Shown here: piece after piece, positions 13,201-25,827 of the stretch
Position numbering within the stretch: the first letter of the stretch is position 1
How the letters are laid out: each line of letters opens with the position of its first letter
Source of the DNA: Bugula neritina
Taxonomy: Eukaryota; Animalia; Bryozoa
Assembly (NCBI GenBank): GCA_964035545.1
Contig: OZ037770.1
Coordinates: 8,996,973 to 9,060,972 of the forward strand
Direction of reading: 5' to 3'
Length of the DNA: 64,000 nucleotides
The notes under the pieces: model-generated
What the model was told of the DNA's origin: nothing
Databases searched by the model: none
What the model saw: only the letters and a program-made list of their open reading frames with translations
Translations under genes and position numbers: made by a program

Positions 13201-16200
13201 AAGTAGAAATGGCAAATGAAGACAGTACACTCACAGACTTAGTATTAATATAGAGTTGTCTTCCCTCACTATATTCACAACTATAGAATAACAAGACAGC
13301 ACACTCACAGACTTTAGTTGTCACATTCTCCTCAGTATCAGCTAGCTGACTCAGATGTGGCAGAAGAATTCCAAACGTATTCAGCATTCCAAATACAACT
13401 CCATTTACCCAGAAAGAGGCTAAGCACACTAGCCAACCTCTACCACCATCAGGGGGGACAAACTCCTCACTTTTTTTTGCGTCACTCTGCTGTCTTTCTT
13501 CATTCTTATATTTTCCTTCTATAAAATATAAAAAACATAATTTTAAGCAAATTTTTTGTGAAAGAGAATTTTAGTCATTTTGGCTTCAAATTAAAAAATC
13601 AGTGAGGTCTGAGCAAAGTAGAACAACTATACATGTAAACAGTTGTGTCTAAAAAGCTGTTTATCACATTTTCTAGCACATATATATAGTATTCTTATAT
13701 AGAGGTAGCTATAAAGAAGAATTGAAGTTTACTAAATCTGCACTTAACATAAAAATTACACACTCTTCAGAAATAAAAATGTATAAGCATTTTATGACTG
13801 CAGAATCCAAACTTGTATTAAATAAAGCTAAACTCAAGAATGGTTATATGATGATATGCAAGTAGGAAAAAATAACAAAATATAAAAGCGTGAACAATGT
13901 TGACCATTTAATTATCAAAAACATTGATAATACAACTTTTTATTAATTTTTAATATTTTCTGGTCAACACATTATTATAATTTTACACCAACACTTATTA
14001 TACATATTAGCAACAAATAACAGTATTATTTTATTTTACTATTAAGAAACCCGTTGGGTATTTTGGCAACCTATTCTATTAACACCAAATTTAGCTTTTA
14101 TTTCAATTATCTATCATGTTTCAATTATAACATTTGATTATAGTTTTATTGAGCAATAAGCTCAAACATGTTTTGCAGTCACTCAGTCATCAGCAAAATA
14201 ATATGGGAACTATTCTAATATTAAGAATTTACTAAAAATGCTGTTAACCAACACCCGGTAGGCCTATAGAGCATTCCCATGAGGAATTTGGTTTCCATTT
14301 AATTACTTAATTTATTTAAATTGCAACTTCCAATGTTTATTTAGGAAATGGGATTTTTTGTGCCTTTTTTTAAAAGCTGGACTGTTAATGTTTCTCCAAC
14401 CATTTGCATGTTACATTCAATTTAAACTGTTGGAAAGAGAAAGAAGACAGCCCCTCAAATCAAAACCTTATGCCAACAACTCTACAAAGCTGGAGATATT
14501 TAGCATGAAACTTGCTTTGCATATTATAATAAGTTAGATTTTCATGATGTGGAGCAGCTTCCTTGTGGCTGATCACAATCTTTCAATGAGGAAAAACAAA
14601 GTAATGAGTGGGAAGTGTACTAACAGTGAATTAAAAAATACTGATAGCAAATTACACCAGATAAGTTATTCATATCATGAGGAAATAAAAATCTTATGCT
14701 CACATTGGCTTTCTAGCCCAAAGTTTGTGCATCTGCTTATAAAGTGTAATTGAAATATATTTGCATAAAGAAATCTGCAAGTCAGCTTATATTTTAAGCA
14801 AAGGCATAAAATGAACTCTATCTTTGTTTGAACAATAATTTTGCTACTTGTATAGGGAGGTAGGTGCAGTAATTGAGAAATTGAGAAAGGTCTTTGTTTT
14901 AGATTAGAGTGCATATTTATATGCCAATAAGTACTACCTTTAATTCAAACAGCTGTATTAACAGTCTACTGAACAACAAGATGTATTTGTCAACATCTTT
15001 TCATTATCCTTGGAACAGACATGACCTGTCTCTTTGGGACTGGCTGGGAATTTAGTGGTATCTGAATAGACAATGAGACAAGCCCATTCTTCACTATTTT
15101 ATTTGTACTAAAACATTACTTTTGTTCTTATGAGACTGCTACCCATAAACCTTCAGTGCTTAGTGAGCTAGCACCAGTCAAAACTTCAGACTTATATATT
15201 ATGATAATGCAAATTTGTCTAAATTTGTCTCAGTCCAGCTAAATAATAAATAAAGAATTATAAAATAAAAGTAGTTAATAGAGAAGAAAAGGTTTTATGG
15301 GGGTTGGACTGTGTGTTATAACTAAATACTATACTTACTTATAGCTACATGATTAAAAGTGTTGTGCCTCTATATATTATTGTAGTTATTGGCTACACCA
15401 AATGGCCACCCTACAAACATGATCATTTATGCATCTGGCTGTACTCGAAAAGTGGACCCTTTAAATAACGCTCATCAAATTAGACCATTATCGCAGCAAC
15501 TTTTCATAGTAAGTTCAGCATTTTGACCACATGAAACTCACAAAATTTGCCTTACATATATAGGAGTCAAATTCTTGTACTTATAACCGGCTAGAACCTT
15601 TTAAACACATAATTCTCCACCATGTAATATGATTTTTTTTTTAAAACTGCAATGATCAGACTACAATGATGTATTTTAACAATACGGATGATAGGTCATG
15701 CAAAACAGTTGATTAATTTAATATTTTTGTAAATAATAAGAAATATTTTATTTATTTTGTAAATTTATAATTTCAATTAAAAGTATTAAATCATTCACAC
15801 AAAAAAAGTATCGCATTTATTGCAAGGAATATTCCTACAGTAATTAGCCCTAAACATGTATAAGTTATAATGAGCTACCTATACTATAGTAAGTGAATGT
15901 TAATTGCTACATGCAGGGTATAAGTAATTTTTTTTATTTTATGTTAACAATATTAGACATTTATCAGGCTGTTATTTTCAGGAAAGCAAACTATAGTGCT
16001 ATATCTGATAATATCAGAAATATATCTTCAAAAGCATCTATGGTTTGCTATATTGTGTAAATTTAAATAAAACTAGGATTGTGTTACATAACATGGACAA
16101 AATAGATGTCTAACTAAAAATAAATATGGAATTTTCTTCATATATTTACTTGTTAGAGGATCCTTCTTGGCAGAGGTGTTAAGGTTACTTTCAAGGTCAT

Positions 16201-16264
16201 TATACAGTTGACCCGGTTCAGTACTGCTCAAAGTTTCCTTGTTTCTTGATTTGTTGTTCTCCAT
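4201..16264 (-). CDS. SLC16A10: Monocarboxylate transporter family member, MCT10/MCT8-like (SLC16, MFS), copy 1; 11 coding exons, 549 aa
   Basis: Hand-spliced exons, all GT-AG and phase-consistent: 16150-16264, 13309-13518, 10598-10743, 9760-9916, 8680-8839, 8040-8232, 7397-7598, 6958-7122, 5254-5430, 4865-4959, 4201-4230 (1650 nt, TAG at 4201-4203). Motifs: [54 protein letters not shown]. The symbol denotes the closest vertebrate subfamily, not proven orthology. Confidence 0.9.
4619..4815 (+). mobile_element. tRNA-derived SINE in intron 10 of copy 1
   Basis: A-box-like tggtctaggga and B-box-like ggttcaaaccc are followed by a body shared with 38058, 53629 and the inverted copy at 35120-35346. 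Confidence 0.7.
5788..6820. mobile_element. Foldback/MITE-like element with ~90-bp imperfect terminal inverted repeats, intron 8 of copy 1
   Basis: 5823-5852 is the exact reverse complement of 6759-6788 (30 bp), and similarity extends on both sides. No TSD identified; ends approximate. Confidence 0.55.
5948..6385 (+). mobile_element. Solo LTR (438 bp)
   Basis: TGTGGTAA...TTACTACA termini, 4-bp TSD GTAT (5944-5947, 6386-6389), GC-rich interior with short gccgaca repeats and aataaa signals. Confidence 0.75.
10891..12863 (+). mobile_element. 5'-truncated RTE-clade non-LTR retrotransposon with disrupted reverse transcriptase, intron 2 of copy 1
   Basis: RT motifs KSPGIDG, NYRGISLLSIPGK, QCGFR, VKQGCVLAP, MFADD, LRWAGH across ORFs 11097-12779, with stops and frameshifts. 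13-bp TSD atgcttaaaagct (10878-10890, 12864-12876). The empty site is visible in copy 2 near 44657. Confidence 0.93.
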
Positions 16265-16929
16265 CTTGTCTATCTACAAAATATGATCTTTTAGCTGGGA
16301 ATTTACATGTTCAATTGTTTACATTTTTTGCTTTGCTTGATATTTTCTGCCTTTTTAAATGAAAACATGTTTTTAAATTTAATGATTAGCCAAACATCAA
16401 ATATTTTGGTTATAGTTAAAAGACATTATTGTATTTTACTTTATGTAGTAACAACAACAAAATTAGTTCAGGTTTTGTGAAAATGTAAAATTAGAAGCAA
16501 TTTCGCTGCTGCTTCCAAGTATGTGTAAGAAATGACCAATTTTTTAGTAATAAGCTATTGTGCTAGCAATTTGGCTATCAGATAAAAGATATAGTGCAGC
16601 TTTTATCTTATTTAAAAAAAATTGAAAGCTGCAATATTTGTATATATTATAATTTATAATTTATAAAATTATGTGAAATAAAATGATTTAAAAAACTAAA
16701 TAGCAATAACGAGCAGTGGAAAAAACTCATTGCTGCAACTTAGGCAGAAAATATTGCAAAATTTGAACAATATATTATTCAATTAGTTGAAATCACTTTT
16801 TAAAATTCCTTGCTATATACTCACTATAGCTGTATTGTGTTGTCACCCGGTCTTTTGTTAACATATTATGGCACCTAGCACAAGTGTGGCTGTGCATTAT
16901 ATAACAGCTCTGACGAATGATAAAGCCAT

Positions 16930-17098
16930 TTATCACATTAGCTGTGTAAACAGGCTTCCAGGAATTTCAAGAAAGTGCTGAATGTAATCAGTTCAGGAAG
17001 ACAATCTTTTCTGTTATCTGAGAGCCATGGTAGCAGGCCATGTTCTACTCTGTTCACATGACCTACCCATCTCAAGTTCTTTTTCATAAAAATGCTAA
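16930..17098 (-). mobile_element. Old RTE-like LINE 3' fragment left of the Gypsy island; continues at 33974-35040
   Basis: ORF 16938-17147 contains KNLRWVGHVNRVEH. Confidence 0.55.
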
Positions 17099-17102
17099 CC
17101 TT

Positions 17103-17403
17103 TGTAGTGGGGCACGCGGTATTTGCCTCCACGTGCTCCCTAGCCAATCAATTATGTATCAGGTGATACCCCCAGCGATGCGTGTACAGAGGGAATTGCA
17201 TTACTAGTTAGTAGAGTAGATAGCGTGCTAGTGTATAGACGAGATGTAATTTTATAATAACGATACTGGATGTATCTCTTTTCTTGTTATATAGTAGTAA
17301 ATAAAGACTTTCCAACTCTTAACAAACCCTCAATTACTTCGGATAATTGGAACCATAATAACAGACTAGGAAACCACGCATAGTAATTGTGCAAATTACA
17401 ACA
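17103..17403 (+). repeat. 5' LTR of outer Gypsy (~301 bp)
   Basis: TGTAG...CAACA termini, located 1 nt before the PBS, with an internal aataaa. No second copy in the window to confirm the left end. Confidence 0.75.
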
Positions 17404-17404
17404 G

Positions 17405-17424
17405 TGGTGGCAGCGGTGGGATTC
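17405..17424 (+). promoter_or_regulatory. Primer binding site, tRNA-Leu type
   Basis: tggtggcagcggtgggattc is complementary to the metazoan tRNA-Leu 3' end ...GAATCCCACCGCTGCCACCA. Confidence 0.85.
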
Positions 17425-17463
17425 TAGTTACTGTTAGAGACAATGAAAGGACATTAAGATATC

Positions 17464-20274
17464 ATGGCAGAAAGTACAGCTTCAAGTGAGGAAGGTGAGC
17501 GAGATACTATCATAACCCCTCTCCAGGCTGGGGAGGAGGCGTATAAGTATAGATTAGAAGCTCCAGTCTTCACGGGCCTAGAAGATGTTGAACAATTTAT
17601 TCAGGAATTCAACGAAGTTACAGCCATTACTAAATGGTCGCCAAGAGTAGCTCTGATAAAACTACGGATGGCGCTGACGTAGCGAGCCAGGCCATACGGA
17701 CTGAAATCCGGCGTAAACGGGATCTTTGCTGCGCTGCGGGCCCGTTTTGGCACCTCTGTCAGAGACGCCAGGGCCCGTTTACAAAGGCTGCTCCGTAGAA
17801 CACACACACCACTCCAGACCACGCTACACTAGTGAAGAGACTGGCACGGATTGCGAACAGCGACCTGCCAGAAACACATCGACAACACTATGCCTTCGAG
17901 GCCTTTGTACAGTCCCTCAATAATCTGGGCCTCCATTATCAGCTTCAAGCGAGAGGAGTGACCACAATAGAGGCTGCGCTACAAAAAGGCAAAGCCTATC
18001 TATTGGCCGAACAACTCCATCGAGCGGCGGGGAACTTCTCGCGAATCACCAAAGGGCCAGAACACCCGCTCCGGGTAGCTGTCGCTACTACCAACCCCTC
18101 CCTGGAAACGGAGGTAGACCGCTTAATGACCATGCTAGAACAGTTGGTGGCAATCATAACGTGTGTCAACCCCACAGGATCCAGGAGACCGAAGATAGAG
18201 GTTCCAAGACCAGCTGCCTTATGTTGGAGATGCAGCACCAGGGGACATCTCCGTTCGAGTTGTCCACAACCTAAGAAGCAGTTAAACCCTCACGGCCCGC
18301 AGATGCCTCCAAAACTCCGCAGACCAAAAAAGAAGGAGCCACGGGGTGGATACCACCAGGCGTCCGTACGGACCCCGCAGTATGCCCCCCACCAGTGGCA
18401 GACACCCCGTCGGACCAGTCAACCTGACCGGCGGCGGGAACCTTTCTCACTGCCTCTCACTAACCGCTTCAGCCAGCTACCAGAAATGGAGCCGGCTGGC
18501 GAGGTCCCTTCGGACATCGGAGGGGAACAACTCACCCCTCTGCAAGGAAACTCTCACCTCCACCGGCCCCGCAAACCGCGGAACAAACAGGCACCGCCTC
18601 GTTCGGCCGAGACCGAACACGCTGGGGGAGTACGGGTACAACCTCATGGAGATAGCTACTTCTTGCCAGGGAAGGTGGCCAGCAAAGCTGTCACATTCCT
18701 GCTAGACTTCGGGTGTACGTACCATTAATCTCCTCAGCCGTCGGGTCTTCGACGCCCTTCCCTCTAGGTAGAAGGGAGCATTAGCTCCCTATACCGGGAA
18801 ACCTGGCACCCTTGCAGACGGGTCGCGTATCCCATTCTACGGTATTATAGAGCTGACTGGACGCAGGCCATCCAGGAGGCCTTTGTCATCAGCCAGCTAG
18901 AGGAGGATGCCATGCTAGGGATGCCGTTCTTGAAGCGACGCGGTTGCCGTATTGACTTTAGCAAGTCAGCCATGCTAATGGCCGGCAAGGAGCTCACCTG
19001 TGTCGACAAGTTCGGCCGTCCCCTAGTGGGAGGCGTGCAGGTAGTATGGAACTGTACAATACCAGGCCGCTCCCGGGCTACCATTCACTGCAGGGTGAAC
19101 AATAGCCAAATCTCGGGGTTGGGAGTTGTCGAAGGCGCGCACACAAGAATCTAGCTCGCTAGCAGTCTTAACCGGCTGACTGATCGAGGAGAGATCTTGG
19201 TGCAGTGTGTCAACCCCTTTTCCGAGGCGATGAAACTACCGTCAGGGTCCATGCTGGGTCGGTTCCATTCTATTCAGGAAAAGGATATAAGGCCGTCACT
19301 AGGAGATGCGACGGAAGGTCCCCGATGGAGCCCGTCATTGAGGCGGGGGACCGTCCCACAACACGTCCAGAAGCTGTACAAGGCAGCGTGTGACAGCTGC
19401 GCGAGCAACGAAGAGCACCAGGCTATGGCCCAGTTGCTACGCGAGTACAACGACGTGTTCAGCAGTGGAGACTATGACGTAGGCCTGACAACGGCTGTCC
19501 GTCATGAGATACTGCTAGCTGCAGGGACTGCCCCTATCCGACAACCCACTAGGAGGTTGGGACCAGAAAAGGAGAAGGAGGTCAGCCAACAATTCCGGGA
19601 TCTTTTAGACCGAGGCCTCATAGAGCCAGCACATAGTGTGTGGAGCTCGCCGGTTGTCTTGGTTCAAAAGAAAGACGGCAGTTGGTGGTTCTGTGTGGAT
19701 TATCGCAAGCTGAATAGCGTGACCATACAGGACGCCTATCCCTTACCCCGGATCGACGAATCTCTGGACGCCCTAGACGGCAGCAAGTACTTTAGTACAC
19801 TAGACTTGCTGAGTAGCTATTGGCAGGTCCTCTTCAGTCCCGACGCCCAAGAGAAGGTGGCGTTTATCACGCGGGATGGCCTATGAAAGTGGAAAGTCCT
19901 ACCCTTTGGGCTGACTTCCGCCCCGCCACCTTCCAGAGGCTCATGAAACAGGTTCTCAGTGGACTCCACTAGAAGACACTGCTGGTATACCTTGATGACG
20001 TCATCGTGATCTCCCCAGACTTCCAGACACACGTCAGTCGTCTGTGGGAGATGTTCGTACGACTCAGAGGTGCCGGTCAAAAGTTCAAACCCTCTAAGTG
20101 CGCTCTCTTGCAGCCAGAGGTGAAGTACCCGGAGCACATCATCGCCCGTCACGGCGTGGCGACGGATCTCGAAAAGGTACGAGCTATAGAAGAGTGGGTT
20201 ACCCCCCAGGATTTGACCGGACTCCGGGCCTTCCTAGGGCTGCTGGGGTATTACCGACAATACATACCAGACTT
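17464..20274 (+). pseudogene. Outer Gypsy gag-protease-RT (5' part), multiple stops and frameshifts
   Basis: Zinc knuckle CWRCSTRGHLRSSC, protease-like FLLDFG, RT motifs SPVVLV.KKDGS, VDYRKLN, YPLPRIDESLD, and LVYLDDV near 19982-20002. Confidence 0.9.
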
Positions 20275-23200
20275 CACAGCTTGATTAAGGTCATCCTTCT
20301 ACTGAATCAGTAATTTCATTGCTCCATTATAATTATATATGAAACAGTGCCCCACTCATAACTCGACTAATTTTGAGGCTAGAATCAAAATTCAAAAACC
20401 ATCTTGTAAATATTTTGCTGCTCTATTAGAGGCTTTTTTAAAATTTTTACCTACCCAACCCGTTGCATTTTTATGCTCCAAAAACAGTCAAAAATTGCCC
20501 ATTTTCGTATAAAAAAACATGGTCTCAGTGCCCCACGAATTATTCAATTCCCAAGCAACATATCTCTGCAAAAATTGGAATATAGTGTTATAAGATATTT
20601 GTGTATTAGAGGCTTTTCAAATTTTTTAGATAACCTCAATAGAATTGGTGTAAACGTGTAATTTATACACTGATTTTATTAAAAATTTTACATATCGCTC
20701 AGTCTGCACGCTTGGCTGAACACGGTAGAGCTGCGCTGCATTGTAGCCATCATAATGATTACAGGGAGCTCATGCGGCCTACGATTCATGTTGTGCGCGC
20801 TAAACCAAAGGGTTAAAGTTCATCTCTGCAGTAAACTGTGGTATGGGTAAAAGGTGGTATGAGGCTGGTTATTATATTATTTTAGTAGCTAGTAGTTGGA
20901 ATCTTGGTGATTGCAATATTGTTGTACTGCCTATAGACGCGAGGCTGTACAATGCGCAATCTACCCTGAATCTAGATTTCAGTTGTATTTATATGAAGCG
21001 GTTTCTGAAGCCTGCGTACATTTCTTGCTTTGACTTGTTTCTTTCTAGTGCAAAGCAGTTTAGTAATACAGCCTGTATGATAACCCAGACATCTTAGGAT
21101 GCTAGTGAGAGTTAGGGCCACTAAATTTTATGCCTTTTGTGTGTGATTTCAATGCAAATTTGTTGTTCTGTAGAGTAATCTGAATTATACTAATAATATA
21201 TCTGTAACCAAACTCACTGTATTGTTATTTTAAAACATTAACTTTGTTTTCAGAATCTACAAAATTGTTGGAGAGAATTTTTAGTCAATTGAATAATAAT
21301 TGCATAACTTTCTTTCAACAATAGTAGTAAAGTGTTATCAGCTAAGTATAATAAGTATGAGGTATGTGCAGTGATGAGGGTATTGAGAAATTAAACCCTG
21401 CATTTCGTATTATTGGGCCTATTACAGGCGGTGAGATGCAGCTTAAGAAGTTTAGAGAGAATTCCGACATGTTACCAAATTAGAATTTCTTAAGAAAATT
21501 TAAGAATTTAGGTTGTTTTAGCTTTTCTGCTTATATCGCACCTACCAGACAACTTTTTTTTATAATATTATGGTATTAAAATTCTGGTAGATTACAATTA
21601 CATAAGTAGTTTCTGATTGATAAATAGTGCTTGCACGTAGGAGGCTTGTATGTAGCAGACTTGCAATAGCAGTAAGCCATTTTGCTAATGGCTCTGGCAG
21701 TGACCATGCATGCAAGCCATTCATAGGCAGTGACAAGGTGCTGCTATTTTTAGCTGAAATGAGCTCATGGTTTGAACTTAAATGCCCAACTAGAGTACTC
21801 GTCAATAAGGAGCAACTTAGGCAGGTTTTTTTATATTGCAATATGGTTTTAATTACAATTAGCTTTAAATATTCAATTCTGTGACCAGATTCAGCATGAT
21901 GTAATATAAATGGGTATTTAATTTCACAATTTCTGTTGGACCTGACTGAATCTCAAATAACCGTAACTATGGGGTTCTATAAGCATTTGAGTACAAGTTT
22001 CTGTACACATATATACTACTCATTTCCTTTACTGCTTACACCAATTCATAACATTGGTAGCTAACTATAGGTAGTGCACTTTCAGTCTACTAGCTCAGTA
22101 AGAGCTTCACTGCAGTTTCAAGCTAATGCCAGCAGCAGACATCGGAATAGCTTGTTTGTATTGAAGATGTGACTTCTAATCTAATTAGGTTATAACTAAA
22201 GGAGTGGAGTGCGGTTGTGGTATTATGAGGGGGTGTTCAAAGTTTTATCAAGTTTTTAAAACAATAGTAAAATAAATAAATAAGTAAATTATAATTTATA
22301 AAACAATAAGTTTTATTTTACATATAAATGACTAAAGCGTATGCTATCATAATGCTTTCAAAAAAGCACATGGAACGTTTATAATTCACATTCACCCCCC
22401 CAAAACCTACCCTAGTATTTCCGCAGCTGCAGTGCACTGTCCTCAAACAAACTGCTCTGCATAATATCATACGTATAGCTGTAAGCGTTACTTATCTTGC
22501 CCGATTGGATATGTTACTAGTAAAAGCTAGCTCGGTAAATAAAAAATTCGATGTTTATAAAACGCAATCTGTGAAGTGAACTTGCCAACTGGCGGTGGGA
22601 ATATTATTTCAAAATGGAGTGAAAAACGTCTTTTACCTCTCAAACCTAGGATGAAAGAGTGTACTTTGATTAACTTTAAGAGTTTAACTTCAAGGGTAAG
22701 TGAGTACCACTGCTTCCTTCAGCAAATTCGCATATTTCATATTGCTTTCAAGCAATAATATATTTATTTTTAATTAATTTTATAGGATTTGTATAGTTGT
22801 ACTATTACTATTAGTATTACAGTAGACCTATACTGCGTATTATATCTATTATTACTATTAGTATTATATTCATATTCATATTGTTATTATTATTATTATT
22901 ATAGCATTGCACAGTATAACTAAACTTCAAAATTGAGTTTTATATTCATAAAAAAGGCATAGTATAATAAGAATGCATTGATGGTAGAACCATTACTAAG
23001 ACTGTAAGACTAGATCAAAATTGTCAGAGTTCATTTCATCATCATGTAAGAAAAATGGCCAAATTTATTATTGACTCACTTTTTTCTCCAATTATTTAGA
23101 GTACTGCAGTAGTCATGAGTAGGCACATAGAAAATATAGTTTTGCACTAAAAATCTTCTGTTTAGTAACTCTCATTGTACTACTACTTGCATACCAAACT

Positions 23201-25825
23201 ACATTTACTGTGAGTGACCAACTTAAAATACATTATAAGCATATGTTTCAAAAGAATTGGAGTCATCACGGCAATCATATCTACTAAAAAATTATTTAAA
23301 AAATACAATTTCAAGGGAGCATCCTACCTAATAGTAATTGTAATTATGAGCTGTGTTTTTTAAAAAGTTATCAGCTGGCAGCTTTGATCTGATTACAGTA
23401 TAGGTAGATTTTACAGTACTCTAGTACTAACTGTGGTGTATGAACAATTTAATTCAAATTCAAAATGTTGCAAATTACTTTTCAATGTATTGAGAAAACT
23501 GCTATTTATATTTTTAGATTGAGTTCCAAAAACAAGTGGGCTACTAGATGATTAGGTTTTGTCAAAGAAATGCTATATAGCATGTGTGCTCAGGACATCC
23601 TTTCTATGTCAGTATCAGCTCATAGGATTTTTAGATTCTCTACTTTTGCAAGACGATATATTTTTATGTTTAAAAAGCATAATACTCTACAACTGACACC
23701 TATATATCAAGACTCTACCTGCAAAAATAGGACACTTTATCAACGGATATAAAAACTAAAATTAATAATAATTGACAGGACTAATCACCCTAGCAATGTG
23801 CCTTTTAGTTAGGCTTTTGCAGCTTGAATTTTTATAGATTCTGCTTTTTTACAAAATCGGTTTTGACATTCAATATTGTAATGTATGTTTAAGAAAAGTA
23901 GTTAGAGAACTAACATATTATTTCCCCCATGTTTGTAAGATACTTATAGGATGTATTGCTATAAAAAAGCCCTGACTTATTCCTTCACAATAGTACACAG
24001 CTGTTACACCTTCTGCATGTTTACATTATTCATTGAACTTGCTACTTCTATGCCTGATCATACGTGTATATATATTATACTATGTTTGAAAATCCACACT
24101 GATTTTCGTTTTGATCTTTAGCAATGGCTATCTGGTGTTAACTTGAATAAAACTGGTTGATTTGTTGCATATTCTTAAATTATTAAGTCAATTCTTGTTA
24201 TGGAATATTATAACTGCAGCATCAGAATAATGGAAAATGCATTACTAGTTATATCTGAGCTGATTAACTGACACCTATCAGGCCGGAAACAAAACTGAAT
24301 TCACTGGACATCTTCTTTTATCTTAAGGAGGTTTTCTCTTCAAATTCTCAATTCTTGCCTAGCTAAGATTAAAACTGTTCATCTTGGGTGTTTCACTCAG
24401 GCAAGCATAGCGTCAGTCAGTCTAACTAGACGCAGCTTTTTCTATTAGATGCTAAATTTAGAAACATAAAATAGTTGATAATCTTGGCTCTGAGTTGGTA
24501 TACAGCAAGCCGATGATATCATGCTTGAGTGAACACTGCGCAGCTATGATAACCAACTATTGATAGTAGCTGCCAGGAGTACAAAGGAGCCCAGTTGTTT
24601 GCTGGCCTCAAATTTATTTCTCAGTGCAAGGCAACAAGATACAGCTCATATATGAGCTGTATCTTGTTGCCTTGCACTGAGAAATAAATTTGAGGCCAGC
24701 AAACAACTGGGCTCCTTTGTACTCCTGGCAGCTACTATCAATAGTTGGTTATCATAGCTGCGCAGTGTTCACTCAAGCATGATATCATCGGCTTGCTGTA
24801 TACCAACTCAGAGCCAAGATTATCAACTATAGCCAATTTTTGGACATTTAGCTAGAAGCAATTTAAGGTTGATTGGACCTTTTAAAGTTTAGACTGTATA
24901 CAACAGAGAGCAAATAGAATATATTTAAAGCACAGGCTCACAGTCTAACCTTTTATATAGTTCCAAGTTCCAACTCACTTCAATAAGTGTTGATTAATGC
25001 TTATAATAATGTACAATGGGACCACAAAAGTACCTACTAGCTATATTAGAAACTTGCAGCAATCAAATCCTTTACCAAAACCATCTAAACTCAAAGTGGC
25101 CACACAAAATTCTGCATATCTGATCATTACAGCTACCAACAAAATCTCACACATGACTATCTGACCTATATGCAAGTCTCTTTACTATTCTAAGCTATTG
25201 TGCAGAGTCTGTAACTGATTGTAATAGTTTAGCAATGAGAAGTGTTTTTGCAACTAGAAGAGGATTTTAATGATGAAGGTAATTTTGACTTCAAGTTAGT
25301 CAATGGTAGTGAACAGATAGATTATTAGTCTAGCATAAAAACAGTATGCTTTGAGGGAAGAGCATCTCTAAATTATTTGTCAAGTTGTAGTCAAGCCTGT
25401 AATTATTACCAACTATATTAGACTAGGCAAATGGATAAATATTGAGTTAGCTTTAGCATTTAGCTTGCTTCCAGAATCTGAAAGAGTTTTACATGGTTAG
25501 TTGAAAAAGAAGTTACAAAAATTATCTTCCTTTGTACATCAAGTACATTGCACATGAAACAAACCACTGGTCTCTTATAATAATAATAATGAGGTGATGC
25601 TGAGGCTTGCCATGACCACATACTTGCTCAATAGATTGTAGCGATGGTTGTAATACGAACAGGTGCAGCCCTAGCTAATTTCATGGTCTGTTGGCAATTG
25701 TTATATCTCATGCTAAATTATGACAAGTAGGCAATACGCATGCCGCCCACAGAGCAATAGCAACTAGGAACTGAGACTAGATTAAGAGATGATATTTCAC
25801 TGGGGATGACCTTAACTATGCTGTG
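20275..25825. mobile_element. Non-autonomous/decayed DNA transposon, CMC (EnSpm/CACTA)-like, 5551 bp, inserted in the outer Gypsy RT
   Basis: TIRs cacagcttgattaaggtcatcc / rc cacagcatagttaaggtcatcc; 2-bp TSD TT (20273-20274, 25826-25827). Removing it restores ..YIPD-F-AGVAQPLNRLT in frame. Superfamily is inferred from termini and TSD only. Confidence 0.85.
24471..24830. repeat. Perfect 360-bp palindrome (2 x 180 bp, no spacer)
   Basis: Checked block by block: 24651-24830 is the exact reverse complement of 24471-24650, with centre ...ctcata|tatgag...; complementarity ends at 24470/24831. Confidence 0.98.
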
Positions 25826-25827
25826 TT

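Noticed and set aside
21560-21884. Transposase or zinc-finger exon within the CMC-like element
   Set aside because: Only a vague C-x2-C...H-x4-H pattern with atypical spacing; no catalytic motifs recognised.
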